This document shows positions 11,161 to 23,615 of a DNA stretch of 64,000 nt, piece after piece. The notes beneath the pieces were generated by a model. That model was not told the DNA's origin. It saw nothing but the letters and a program-made list of their open reading frames with translations, and made no database searches. The stretch spans positions 15,378,001 to 15,442,000 of the forward strand of contig OZ076409.1 in NCBI GenBank assembly GCA_964187785.1, given 5' to 3'. The position numbers and the translations under genes are program-made. The DNA comes from Amphiscolops sp. MND2022 (lineage: Eukaryota). Numbering within the stretch: position 1 is the stretch's first letter; each line of letters opens with the position of its first letter.

Positions 11161-11718
11161 AAAAGCAAAGAGTCAATTTTTGGAGCGCGAGACTCCTATC
11201 TGCGGTACGGACTTACCATTACCAGCCAACAACTTGTTTTGAGGAGAAATTCTCATGAAAAGACAACGTTTCAAGTTATTGACATCTGATGAAACAAAAA
11301 TATTCCAGAAAAATTGTGAGAAAGCAAAATTTTGACTCTATTACGTAAATGTATGCTGAAAAGCATAAATTAGTAAGCTTAAAAATGAAATTCCATGTAT
11401 TATCAAAAGTCGACTCAGGAGTGTGAAAAACACGTTTTAGGGATAATTTTGGGCCCTCTTTCCAATGCCGTTGTCCGTTTTTTTGCTATCTGTTCATTTT
11501 GACCCCTTTTGCAAAACTGTCACCGAAGTTAAACCACATTTTGTGAAAATAGTAAAAATGACATAACTCAATGAAAATTCAAGTGATGGCGGCGAAAATT
11601 TCAGCATGGGGTTTTTTTTGGACGCTCTTTCCAATGCCGTTGTCCGTTTTTTGCTATCTGTTCATTTTGACCCCTTTTGCAAAACTGTCACCGAAGTTAA
11701 ACCACATTTCTGACAAAA

Positions 11719-11837
11719 AGGCTACAACACCCGGTGTTCCCAAGCGGTCTCCCATCCAAGTACTAACCAGGCCCTATGTTGTTTAACTTCGGTGATCGGA
11801 CGAGAACCGGTGCATTCAACGTGGTACGGTCGTAGCC
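11719..11837 (-). rRNA. 5S rRNA (3 substitutions, T5 terminator)
   Basis: 119-nt match with variants cacccgg and caacgtggtacgg. Confidence 0.93.
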
Positions 11838-11929
11838 GATCATTGTAAAATCAATAGCTTTATATGCTTAACAACAAAATTACGTACAATGATACGAAAA
11901 TTTTCTCGGTCAAAATACGCGTAACTTTT

Positions 11930-12065
11930 AAGTTAGTGCAGACTAGCTTGTTCCTTGTTCAAAAAATTGGGCAGCAGACCACTTTCGCAGTCTGCTTTCA
12001 AATAAAACTTATCAATAGGGTTGGAATACTTACCTATTTAATAAGTTTATCACAACAATTAGGCT
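11930..12065 (-). ncRNA. SL RNA gene, uninterrupted (Sm site with one extra T)
   Basis: Same architecture as other copies. Confidence 0.85.
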
Positions 12066-12622
12066 AAATGCAAAGAGTCAATTTTTGGAGCGCGAGACTC
12101 CTATCTGCGGTACGGACTTACCATTACCAGCCAACAACTTGTTTTGAGGAGAAATTCTCATGAAAAGACGACGTTTCAAGTTATTGACATCTGATGAAAC
12201 AAAAATATTCCAGAAAAATTGTGAGAAAGCAAAATTTTGACTCTATTACGAAAATGTATGCTGAAAAGCATAAATTAGTAAGCTTAAAAATGAAATTCCA
12301 TGTATTATCAAAAGTCGACTCAGGAGTGTGAGAAACACGTTTTAGGGGTAATTTTGGGCCCTCTTTCCAATGCCGTTGTCAGTTTTTTGCTATCTGTTAA
12401 TTTTGACCCCTTTTGCAAAACTGTCACCGAAGTTAAACCACATTTTGTGAAAATAGTAAAAATGACATAACTCAATGAAAATTCAAGTGATGGCGGCGAA
12501 AATTTCAGCATGGGGGTTTTTTGGACGCTCTTTCCAATGCCGTTGTCCGTTTTTTGCTATCTGTTCATTTTGACCCCTTTTGCAAAACTGTCACCGAAGT
12601 TAAACCACATTTCTGACAAAAA

Positions 12623-12741
12623 AGGCTACAACACCTGGTGTTCCCAAGCGGTCTCCCATCCAAGTACTAACCAGGCCCTATGTTGTTTAACTTCGGTGAT
12701 CGGACGAGAACCGGTGCATTCAACATGGTATGGTCGTAGCC
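12623..12741 (-). rRNA. 5S rRNA
   Basis: Consensus copy. Confidence 0.97.
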
Positions 12742-12833
12742 GATCATTGTAAAATCAATAGCTTTATATGCTTAACAACAAAATTACGTACAATGATACG
12801 AAAATTTTCTCGGTCAAAATACGCGTAACTTTT

Positions 12834-12968
12834 AAGTTAGTGCAGACTAGCTTGTTCCTTGTTCAAAAATTGGGCAGCAGACCACTTTCGCAGTCTGCTT
12901 TCAAATAAAACTTATCAATAGGGTTGGAATACTTACCTATTTAATAAGTTTATCACAACAATTAGGCT
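12834..12968 (-). ncRNA. SL RNA gene, uninterrupted (17-kb insertion ~240 bp upstream)
   Basis: Same architecture as other copies. Confidence 0.85.
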
Positions 12969-14084
12969 AAAAGCAAAGAGTCAATTTTTGGAGCGCGAGA
13001 CTCCTATCTGCGGTACGGACTTACCATTACCAGCCAACAACTTGTTTTGAGGAGAAATTCTCATGAAAAGACGACGTTTCAAGTTATTGACATCTGATGA
13101 AACAAAAATATTCCAGAAAAAGTGTGAGAAAGCAAAATTTTGACTCTATTACGAAAATGTATGCTGAAAAGCATAAATTAGTAAGCTTAAAAATGAAATT
13201 CCATGTAAGCAGTTGGATTTATTAACGGACCGTGCTAAACACGGGCGGGTTTGAAATTTTACAAAATTTTTGCCAAGTCCCGGATTCGACTGGGGAACTT
13301 CAGGGAAATGGAAGTCAGGGTACAAATGTGATGAAACTCATAATTGGCATGAGATACCCAAAAAAAACTACCGAAAATATGAACACACCCCCCCTCCCCC
13401 ACTCTACATGCTTAAAAATTGAAAAATTTCAAAATTTTCAAAAATACCCGGGAATGATGCGAAACGTGCAAAAATGTTGTTAAAAGCGTGGAATCATCAA
13501 AAATGAGGGGAGAAGGGCCCTGTGAACACTTCCTTAGGGCATATAAAATCTCAAAACACGAAAAAAACAGCTAGGTTCAACTTGAGTTTTTCAGCAATTT
13601 CGAGCAAGTTTTGACCGTGGAAAAGAATTAAATTAAGTTATTAGAAATAAACCCCGTGAACACTTCCTGAGGACATATAAAATCTCAAAAATGGAAAAAA
13701 ATCTGAAACACACTCGGATCAACCTGGAACTTTTTCACAATTCGGTACATGTTTCTGACCGTGAAAGACAACTAAAATCAAATTTTAAGAGATATTTTTT
13801 TTTCTGTAGACCTCATTTCACCGGCAGTCATTCATCCGAAATAAGAAACCCAAGTTCAATAGTGCCCATGACTTGTCAACTCATTTTATACCGCTGACTG
13901 AGTACCTATGAATCGATGCAAAGCCGGATTATGCAAAGTTTGATATGAAGCAATTTATGGTGTTTATTGCACATGACGAAGTCAATGTGCATCGCAGTCC
14001 AGCTAAGAAAGTTTTTTTTTGTAGCCAACACATAATAAGCCAGTAGCCAACTTCATAATAAGCCCCTTTTAGAGAAAAGCCAAA

Positions 14085-14155
14085 ACCCCAGAGAGATTCG
14101 AACCTGCAGCCTCCCGATTGCGCGGCATAAGTGTTAACCACTGTGCCATAAGGAC
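14085..14155 (-). other. tRNA-like / SINE-head segment (left arm)
   Basis: GTCCTTATGGCACAGTGG (box A) ... GGTTCGAATC (box B); degenerate stems. Confidence 0.6.
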
Positions 14156-14448
14156 GTTATTGAATAAAGTTGAACTGTTGAATATATACGCATGCTATTA
14201 AAATAATATATATACGCATATTAAAATAATCGTTGTCTTCGTCATGTGTTGCGAAGCACCGCTTCGCCTCTGTGTACATATCCATACTGAGCAAAGAAGG
14301 TAAATTTGTTGAAACTCTATAACCCTGAAAAGCTTGTCTTCGACCATGAATTTTATGTAAGTCATGTTTATGCAGTTGTTTATGAAATGGAAACAGACTT
14401 ATCGAACAAGGATAACTATAGTAATTGCTTCCAGTATTCATGAAAAAA

Positions 14449-14947
14449 TTGAATATCAGCCATATACGACCGTGTTCATCGAATTTTAGCTACTTTGGAC
14501 CTATAATATGGTCTTGTATATTGAAAGATAGATTCAATATCAGTCCTATACGACTGTGTTCATCGATTCTTAGCTACTTTAGACCTATAGTATAGTCCTG
14601 TAGATTGAAAGATAGGTTGAATATCATTCCTATACGACTGTGTTCATCGATTCTTAGCTACTTTAGACCTATAGTATAGTCCTGTAGATTGAAAGATAGG
14701 TTGAATATCAATCCTATACGACCGTGTTCATCGCTTCTTAACTACTTTAGACCTAGAGTATAGTCCTATATATTGAAAGATAGGTTGAATAACCGCCGTA
14801 TAGGACCGTGGTCATCGAATCTTAGCTACTTTAGACTTATAGTATGGTACTGTATATTGAAAGATGAATTGAATATCAGCCCTATACGACCGTGTTCGTT
14901 GAATCTTGGCTATATTAGACATAAAGTATGGTTCTGTATATTGAAAG
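14449..14947 (+). repeat. 84-bp minisatellite, 6 copies (left arm)
   Basis: TTGAATATCA-like unit start at 14449, 14533, 14617, 14701, 14785, 14869. Confidence 0.9.
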
Positions 14948-16938
14948 AGATGCATCAAAAGATAGACCGGTAACGATGCACCAAAAGTATCTTTTGAAGT
15001 GCCATATGCGATTCAAATGGTAAAACCCATCTTCGGGAAAAACGATTTTTCAAAGATCAAAACAATTAAAATCAAAAATTTCAAAGTGTGCTCCCTGAAA
15101 ATTTGCAAGCAAGTACGGGCTTCACCCCAGCATTTCTGGAAACGATGAATCAAGAAGCGTCTTTTAAAGCTCCATATACGTTCCAAATGCTGAAACCCGT
15201 CTCGGAAAATAACAATTTTGCAAGGTTCAAAAACTTTCTAAAACTTTTCCAAAACTTTCGAAGTGTTCTCTGACAATTTGGAAGCGTGTACGGGCTTCAT
15301 TCTAGCATTTATGGAAACGATGAATCAAATAGTATCTTTTGAAGCACCATGTTTCATCTACGTGAAAAAAGTCATCTCGGAAAAAAGATTTCAAAAGAAC
15401 AAGAAGCGTTTTCAAAAAACGTAAAAAATTCCAAAATGTGCTCAATGAGTGGTTGAGAGTTGATACGGGCTTTTACCCAGCTTTTCAGGAAACGATGGTT
15501 CAAGGAATGTCTATTGAAGCATCATATACAATCCACATGGCAAAACCCTAAACTTTCAAAGTGTGCTCCTTGAAAATTTGGAAGCTTGTACGGGCTTCAT
15601 TGTAGCATTTATGGAAACGATGAATCAAATAGTATCTTTTGAAGCACCAAATTTCATCTAAGTGAAAAAAGTCGTTTCGGAAAAAAGAGGTTTCAAAGGA
15701 ACAAAAAGCGTTTTCGAAAAACGTAAGAATTAAAAAATTCAAAGTGTGATCCCTGAGTAGTTGGGAGCTAATACGGGCTTTTACCCAGCTTTTACCCAGC
15801 AGGAAACGATGGATCAAGGAATGTCTTTTGAAGCATCATATACAATCCACATGGCAAAACCTCAACGCTCAGAGCTCACGGAAAGTAGATCATCTGTATT
15901 TCTCCTCTAGATTACTACATAGCAAGTATTTCCCAATATCTAGAGCTTTACATTATCACGCATTGTTCAATTTTAGAGCTGTACGTTTTCTGCCAATTAT
16001 CTCCCGGTTAATGCCGAGAATAACATGCCAATTAATGCCGAGTTTTGAATATTAAATTTTACTATTTTCAAAAGTCATGCAATCTCAACAACATGAGACT
16101 GACAACATTTGTCAGTTATAAAAGCAACTCTGAAGTGAGTCAGATTGAGTACGAAATAACTCCACTGAAAAGGCTGAGGCACGTTCAACAGCTGTGCTAA
16201 ACATTTACACATACTATGTCGGTACCGCTTTTGAGCTTATCCAGCGTCGCGTTCTACAGAGTCTTTTTGCCTAATTATTTTCAGATTGTTTGACTCACGT
16301 TAAAAACAAATGCCACTGGGGACACGCCTATTGAAGCCACTGTTTAATAATTAATCACAAGTACAAAGGGCTGACGTCGCTTTCATGTTTACACAGCGTG
16401 TCGTTCTGTTTGATCAATCTGGAGTTTGTAACTACGGAGATCTGTATGCCACTCTAGACACGCTCATTTAAGCTACTGTTTAATAAACAATCAATAAATA
16501 CAAAGAACTGGCGTGGCTTTCATGTTTACACAGCGTGTCGCTTTATTTATTCAATGTGAAATTGACAACTTCGGAGATCTATTGATCCAATATCAATCTT
16601 GCATTCGGTCTGCTCGACGAAAACAACAAAAAATCCATACTAAATTTGTTTACGATGAACTAGCAAATGGAAATGTTTTGAATTTTGAGGTCTCGATTCT
16701 GTTTCAAGCATTAGTATCTTGTTTCAAAACATTCATTAACTTTAGTGAATGAAAAAAACTAGGACGTCATTTCGGTGGTGTTAATATTTTGTGCCTGATG
16801 AACATTCTTTTGTCTGCAACAAGTTCTCTGTTGTGTCCAATGCCATTGAGCTTCGGTTTACTTCAAGTATCATGTTAATTTTTTTTTTCAGACGTTTGTC
16901 TTGAGATCACTGGTAGCAAAGCATAATCACCAGTCAAA

Positions 16939-17322
16939 ATGTATCAGAAATCAGCCATGACTTTCAGCTCTCTCACATCCTCAAAAGATCTCGAGTTTGG
17001 AGATGCCCATATTGACGTGGCATCCTCTGATAAACGACTTGTCCGCGTGACCCGAAACACCTATAAAAACAGTGGTCTTACATACATCAACATCAAGTTG
17101 TTCAAGAAAAAAGAGGACCAAGATGACTTTCGCTTGCAACAGAGAGTGGGTCTCACTGTCAAGGAGTTTCAGGAAATGATAGCGAATGTAGAAAACATTA
17201 GCATGGGCCCTCCCAAATCAGACGACAGTGCGGCGGAGAAGAAAATCAAAAAGAGGATTGCTCAAAGCTATACGGGGGCTGCTGACGTCAAGAAACAAAA
17301 AACTGCTGATAAGATGGAATGA
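16939..17322 (+). CDS. PC4-like (ssDNA-binding fold) protein, 127 aa
   Basis: KRLVRVTRNTYKNSGLTYINIKLFKK...RVGLTVKEFQEM resembles the PC4 beta-beta-beta/GISL-helix pattern. Intact in both arms; a splice acceptor (ttttttcag) lies upstream. Confidence 0.65.
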   Translation: MYQKSAMTFSSLTSSKDLEFGDAHIDVASSDKRLVRVTRNTYKNSGLTYINIKLFKKKEDQDDFRLQQRVGLTVKEFQEMIANVENISMGPPKSDDSAAEKKIKKRIAQSYTGAADVKKQKTADKME

Positions 17323-18267
17323 AAAGTTGAACAACTGATTTCAAAAGTAATTACAGCATACAAGTTTTGTTAATGTTCCTAGTTTTAATCTGATTTCATA
17401 TCCATGAAGTGTGATAAAATAGGTTTTTCGAATGTTTTTGATTCTATTTCATTTTTCTTTCATCGGTACATCCCATCTTCTCAATTGCTTTTTGTTTGAT
17501 GTGAACTGTGATGTGATGCTTTCGTTTTGTTTGCCCCTGATTTTGTCTTTTCTTCAATCTACCCTTACCATCATTAGTTATTTTATCATTTATTTCGTTG
17601 TTGTTTCCATTGCATACTCTCCTCTCCTCATTTACGCTCTATCCCATCTTATCCTATAACGTATCGATTTGAGTTTATTTTTGATGAAGTGTTGTTGTCC
17701 CCTTCCTGTGGTATCCGACCTTTAATGCAATACTTACCTCTCATACGTTTGAATTAATTACTTGATTTAACTTTTTAATGTGCTTCATTCTGTTCAATCC
17801 TGTCGTTGTTCCAAATCTGTACGTTAATGGAATATTCAATATTTAGCTAATCCGCACTGTTTCATTTGTTAGTGTGATGCTTCTGTTTAATCTTAAAGTC
17901 CAGTGAAGTAATATATATTTGATATGTACATTTTTTCAACTCGTAGGTTTTTGAATTAGTTTCATCATCCGACTTTTACTTGTTGTTGAGATAGTATTGG
18001 GTGTTGAAAACACTTCGTAAAAAACTACCCAAAAACTTTGTCACAGTTTTTTGTTTCATAGCAACTTTGACGAAAAACATCCATTTTTGAACGTTTTTGG
18101 GTAAAGGAATCTTTTCGGTGGCGTTTCTCAAGAATGTGCAAGCATCTTCAAACTCGAGTTGACTCATGCAACTGTAAAACCCGTGATCCAAGCATCTCTT
18201 TGTTCTTTTATAGTCAATGTGAAGTATTTGTATCAACTTTCCACTACAGTTTTTTTGTAGACAAAAC

Positions 18268-18681
18268 ATGGTGGAAGCAATGCATGAACAGCATCCGGAC
18301 TTTTTCAAACAACATCGGAAAAATTTTCGGTACCTGGTGTTAGAAAAGGAACCAAGGATTGGGCTTGACATTCCTGCAGGATCAAATTACGCATTTGGAG
18401 TTCATTCTTTTACCTCTGATTATCTTTGCGGCTTTGAGAAACAACGACACTACCATGTTCTTTTTGAGTGCGATTCCACTAACAGGAAAGGTTACAATGT
18501 ACCCTGCCTCTATTCAACTTTCTGTCTATTGTTGGCGGATTGTTCGAGTCTCGTCATGCAAGGGGAAATTATGAATCGTCTGCAGGTTGCAATGAAGTAC
18601 AACGTGAAAGAAAACAAAACCTTGCTAGCGCAGGGTCGACGCAAAGTTCCTGTTGTTCAAACGAAATGGATCATTGTGTAG
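18268..18681 (+). pseudogene. HxH-motif protein, truncated by a 433-bp deletion
   Basis: Matches 24460-25038 up to ...KVPVVQ, then joins downstream sequence at a TTCAAA microhomology. Confidence 0.6.
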
Positions 18682-19257
18682 TGGCATTTTAACGCTGTCA
18701 TTAATTCATCAGAATGTTGCGCATATCGTGACAGTGTGACGGAAGCTGTCAAATCTTGAAAAAGCAGGAGTATCAAGTTCGCGACACTCGGAAAGGAGAA
18801 CTGGAATTTCATGCATGTAATTTAGTTCTGTACATGTACTGTCTAGCCAATGAGTCAGGTCAGATATTGAGATATAGTACTCCAGGGTACAAGCGTGGTT
18901 TATTCAAGACTATACACTCAATGATTAAACTGCAACACATGCTTTGTTTGCCGTTGCAAAGTTAATTCTTCCTTTTCAACTCCGTCAAGCAACTCGTTCC
19001 AACCAGTTCTCTCAAGACTCAAAACGTCACGATAGAGCAACAATTTTGATAGAATGTGCCCACTCATACACATCAATTATATTTTGGTTGTTTCTATATC
19101 CAAAGGCTTTCAGTGTTAAGCAGAATTATTAACTCTCAAGCTCAGATATCAAACTAGAGTAGAAATAAGAAACGGTCAAAATGTATATTCGTTTTTGAGT
19201 TTTGATTTTTGGTGAACAATTGGGCACATTCTTCAACTTGTCAGCAATTGAGCTTCC

Positions 19258-19853
19258 GTGAAACTACCAATGCAGACTTTCACTGCTGTGTCTGGCAACT
19301 CGCGGTTCACATTTTATGAAACTTGGTTCAACAAAACAATAGCAATAATTGAAGAGGCATGGTGGGAGGACGTCTGGTCGATCAAAAGCTCAGTTTCAAT
19401 CCCAAAAGATTTGTTTATTCTGCTGCGAGCTCAATGTGTATCGGGGGGTACTAATCCAAACATCTTTAACCTAACGGACACTGTAGAAACGCCATTCACT
19501 ACAACAATAGTTTATGATCGTTTCGAGTTGCCGTATGGTGTACGACAACTCCTGTTTGACATTGACTGTCGAAATATACCCGTTTCAGAAAATCAGTTGG
19601 GTTGCATGACAGACTTGGAAAATTTAGAAAGTTACTGGGATATTAGAGGTACACCTCAATCACCACAAGAAGCTTCGTGTTCTCTGTCACCAAAGATTGC
19701 CGACACAAATCAAGAGCAAATTGCTTTTGACAGTCCAATCAAATCAAAACTAGCCCAGTAAAGGAATGCGCGCCAGCGCCAAAGAAGAATAGAGTTGAAA
19801 AATTCAAAAGGGCGGCATTGGAAATAGCTAAGCTTGATCTCGAAAACGTTTGA
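19258..19853 (+). pseudogene. Frameshifted copy of the 198-aa arm ORF
   Basis: Mirror of 23019-23615 with ATG changed to GTG and a frameshift near 19745. Confidence 0.6.
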
Positions 19854-20949
19854 CAAGCTTTCTTGAAGTGATATTTTATACCTTGTTTGTTTGTATCATC
19901 GTTCAAATCATTGCTTCAACTTTGTCATTCAAGTCATTTTGTAATTTACATTTCAGCCATTCTTTTCCCTAATGCCTAGCTTGATCACCTCACAAGAGTA
20001 AATTTGTGCGGCTTTGAGCGTTTGAATCGCTAAAGAAATTTGATATCGCAGCTTGTCTCAACAATCAGACGCCGAGTGAGAGAAAAATAGCTAAACCTTG
20101 ATGGTGAATTACCCTTTGCTTATGCTTACTCTTCTAGGCTCTAGGCAAAGCCAACTATTTTCAGAAAACGAAAAATGTTTTAAAAAATCTTTTGGAAACT
20201 TAACTTTACAATGTTCATTTGAAATCATCACTTCTCAGACTTTTGTCGTTGAATACAAAATCCAATACGAAGCACTGATTGTTTTTCAAAGAATTGATCG
20301 ATGGTCTCAGTAAAAATTAAATATTTCCTTGCTCGCTCGACGCGGTAACCAGATGGATTCCTTGTCAATTTTGATGATTGCCATGCACTCTCCAATACAA
20401 CTATTCGTCAATATGGGTGTGCGAAAAACCGCAGTCTAGTCCAACAGAATATCGCATAAACGTGTGTGTAGACCACCAGGCATTGTCTGAAGTAGAGCAG
20501 AACTTTTTAAAGCTAATAGTTAAGGTCCATGTTCATTCATGTTCTTTCAAACTTTTGGGAACGACAACCTACTTTCGTACTTTCTATGTGAAGCCAAACT
20601 ATTTTTGATACCCATTTTACTGTTTCACCGGCAAAACGAGGTGAAAATGGTTCTTGAAAAGACATTTCTCTGATGTTATCATTATAGTAACGTATCGGGT
20701 ACGACTGAATATGTAAGTCAAAGCTCTCAGGTTACCAAATTTAGGTTCAAGAAGTCTGAATCGGAAAAAACATAGAATACACCAATAGAAATTCTTTGCC
20801 TATTGAATCTAATCAGTCAACGGACTCATCCCTATAGTCTGTAGCAGCTCAGCTCATGAAAACTAGGTTGGAAATACAGTTTGATCATTAAATTAGTTTC
20901 AAGATTATAAAACAAGTCGAACGTAACAATTGTTCACAGAATAAATACT

Positions 20950-22137
20950 TCATTCTGCTGAAAAGGTAACTTCGATGAACAATGAATCCTCCTTCAGGTA
21001 TCCACGATCTTTGCTGCATCCATGTATCAAGCTTGAAAAAAAATATGATCCCACTTTTCTTCAAACTTACTCAAAACAAAATTTGTTTTAAATTGTCTCA
21101 CCTGTGTGGTAGGAAGTGCAGTATACCAACCGACAAGTTTCCTTTACACGAAGACGGACGCTTGAAGCAGCTCCCAGTTTTTTCAGTAGGGACTATTGAT
21201 CGCGTCCATCTATCAGCAGGATCATGTTGACTAATGACGCTGATTTTGATTGCAGACTTGAAAGGTCATTCAAGAATAGCATCATACATTCCGGGAATTA
21301 GGGCAACAAAAACAGAAACGTGATTGCCAGCTGCCACCTCACATCCAAATGGAAATAGTCTCACATACAAAGAATATCCGGGAGAACCTGTGAGAATTAT
21401 TGGACTACAAAAGTCTGTTGGCACTTTTCAATTTTTGATTTGAATTCTTCAGCACTTTTTCCCGCCTCGAAAATATGGTTGAAGCCACTGAGTTTCCAAA
21501 CAACTGACCCATTACGGCCACATTCCAGACTTTTTATACGCTCAAGCAAATGGCGAGAAAATTGTTCGAGTGGAACAATTTTTTTCGAGTGTCTTTCAAT
21601 CAATTCGTTTTGACGCTTTATGACATCTTCGTTTAGACTTTCTCTTTTCACAGGTTTAACCTCTGAGCTGCTTTCCTTGATATCTCCATTGCTTGCTGCG
21701 TTTTCCTTGACTTCGCCACTGCTTCTTGCTTCATTGAACAAATTAGACTGAAATTTATTTTCTTTTATCCCTTTCCTTTGACTCGAGACCTCCAGAGTTT
21801 CTGTAGAGCCAGAGGTATTTCTTGTTTCACAGACAGTGTTTCCGTTTTTCCTCTCAATCATCTCATTCCTCAGTTCGGATAGCTCTTCTTGCATTCGTGC
21901 TGTAATAGGTTTCATTGAATGGATGTACTGAAATACTTTTACATTGAGTAAGGGGAATTTTTTCGCTAGTGACCACAACTCATTTACTCGCAATTCAGAT
22001 ATTTGAGTTTTCAAGCAAAGAACCTCATCTCGCAATTTGTTGAAACTGGCAATTGGCTCTTCATTTTAATTGATACCCATGTGGTCCTCAGTGTTTCGCT
22101 GCTCTGGCAAGTTTAAAGTTGAAGCGTTGCTTTCCAT
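20950..22137 (-). pseudogene. TRAF-family (coiled-coil + MATH/TRAF-C) pseudogene with retained intron 21032-21101
   Basis: NGSVVWKL..., FCSPIILTGSPGYSLYVRLFPFG...HVSVFVALIPGMYDAILE*PFK..., CFKRP..GNLSVG, then a GT-AG intron and GYLKEDSLFIEV. TGA at the conserved Trp (21266-21268), a frameshift near 21420 and an early TAA near 22067. Confidence 0.9.
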
Positions 22138-23018
22138 AGAGAAACTCTGAAAAAAAGACTTTTAAACGTATGAAACATGGCTTGATGAGAATGCAAGCCT
22201 AGAAAGATGTCTTATCAAGAACCAATTTCACCTCGTTTTGCCGGTGAAACAGTAAAATGGGTATCAAAAATAGTTTGGCTTCACATAGAAAGTACGAAAG
22301 TAGGTTGTCGTTCCCAAAAGTTTGAAAGAACATGAATGAACATGGACCTTAACTATTAGCTTTAAAAAGTTCTGCTCTACTTCAGACAATGCCTGGTGGT
22401 CTACACACACGTTTATGCGATATTCTGTTGGACTAGACTGCGGTTTTTCGCACACCCATATTGACGAATAGTTGTATTAGAGAGTGCATGGCAATCATCA
22501 AAATTGACAAGGAATCCATCTGGTTACCGCGTCGAGCGAGCAAGGAAATATTTAATTTTTACTGAGACCATCGATCAATTCTTTGAAAAACAATCAGTGC
22601 TTCGTATTGGAGTTTGTATTCAACGACAAAAGTCTGAGAAGTGATGATTTCAAATGAACATTGTAAAGTTAAGTTTCCAAAAGATTTTTTAAAACATTTT
22701 TCGTTTTCTGAAAATAGTTGGCTTTGCCTAGAGCCTAGAAGAGTAAGCATAGGCAAAGGGTAATTCACCATCAAGGTTTAGCTATTTTTCTCTCACTCGG
22801 CGTCTGATTGTTGAGACAAGCTGCGATATCAAATTTCTTTAGCGATTCAAACGCTCAAAGCCGCACAAATTTACTCTTGTGAGGTGATCAAGCTAGGCAT
22901 TAGGGAAAAGAATGGCTGAAATGTAAATTACAAAATGACTTGAATGACAAAGTTGAAGCAATGATTTGAACGATGATACAAACAAACAAGGTATAAAATA
23001 TCACTTCAAGAAAGCTTG

Positions 23019-23615
23019 TCAAACGTCTTCGAGATCAAGCTTAGCTATTTCCAATGCCGCCCTTTTGAATTTTTCAACTCTATTCTTCTTTGGCGCTGGC
23101 GGGCATTCCTTTACTGGGCTAGTTTTTGATTTGATTGGACTGTCACAAGCAATTTGCTCTTGATTTGTGTCGGCAATCTTTGGTGACAGAGAACACGAAG
23201 CTTCTTGTGGTGATTGAGGTGTACCTCTAATATCCCAGTAACTTTCTAAATTTTCCAAGTCTGTCATGCAACCCAACTGATTTTCTGAAACGGGTATATT
23301 TCGACAGTCAATGTCAAACAGGAGTTGTCGTACACCATACGGCAACTCGAAACGATCATAAACTATTGTTGTAGTGAATGGCGTTTCTACAGTGTCCGTT
23401 AGGTTAAAGATGTTTGGATTAGTACCCCCCGATACACATTGAGCTCGCAGCAGAATAAACAAATCTTTTGGGATTGAAACTGAGCTTTTGATCGACCAGA
23501 CGTCCTCCCACCATGCCTCTTCAATTATTGTTATTGTTTTGTTGAACCAAGTTTCATAAAATGTGAACCGCGAGTTGCCAGACACAGCAGTGAAAGTCTG
23601 CATTGGTAGTTTCAT
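23019..23615 (-). CDS. Hypothetical protein, 198 aa, basic NLS-like C-terminus (PPAPKKNR)
   Basis: ATG-started long ORF in AT-rich DNA, co-oriented with the other arm genes. Confidence 0.55.
   Translation of the reverse strand: MKLPMQTFTAVSGNSRFTFYETWFNKTITIIEEAWWEDVWSIKSSVSIPKDLFILLRAQCVSGGTNPNIFNLTDTVETPFTTTIVYDRFELPYGVRQLLFDIDCRNIPVSENQLGCMTDLENLESYWDIRGTPQSPQEASCSLSPKIADTNQEQIACDSPIKSKTSPVKECPPAPKKNRVEKFKRAALEIAKLDLEDV

Larger units (their letters stand above)
13275..20669 (+). repeat. Left arm of giant inverted repeat
   Basis: Starts AAGTCCCGGATTCGACT, the reverse complement of 30301-30317; mirrored ORF set. Confidence 0.95.

Noticed and set aside
14449..14947. CRISPR-like regular repeats
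   Set aside because: Whole 84-bp units repeat with no unique spacers; eukaryotic context; no cas genes.
21266..21268. TGA at a conserved Trp suggesting an alternative genetic code
   Set aside because: The same gene has a TAA stop and a frameshift, and other ORFs use TGG for Trp and TGA as stop; simple pseudogenisation.
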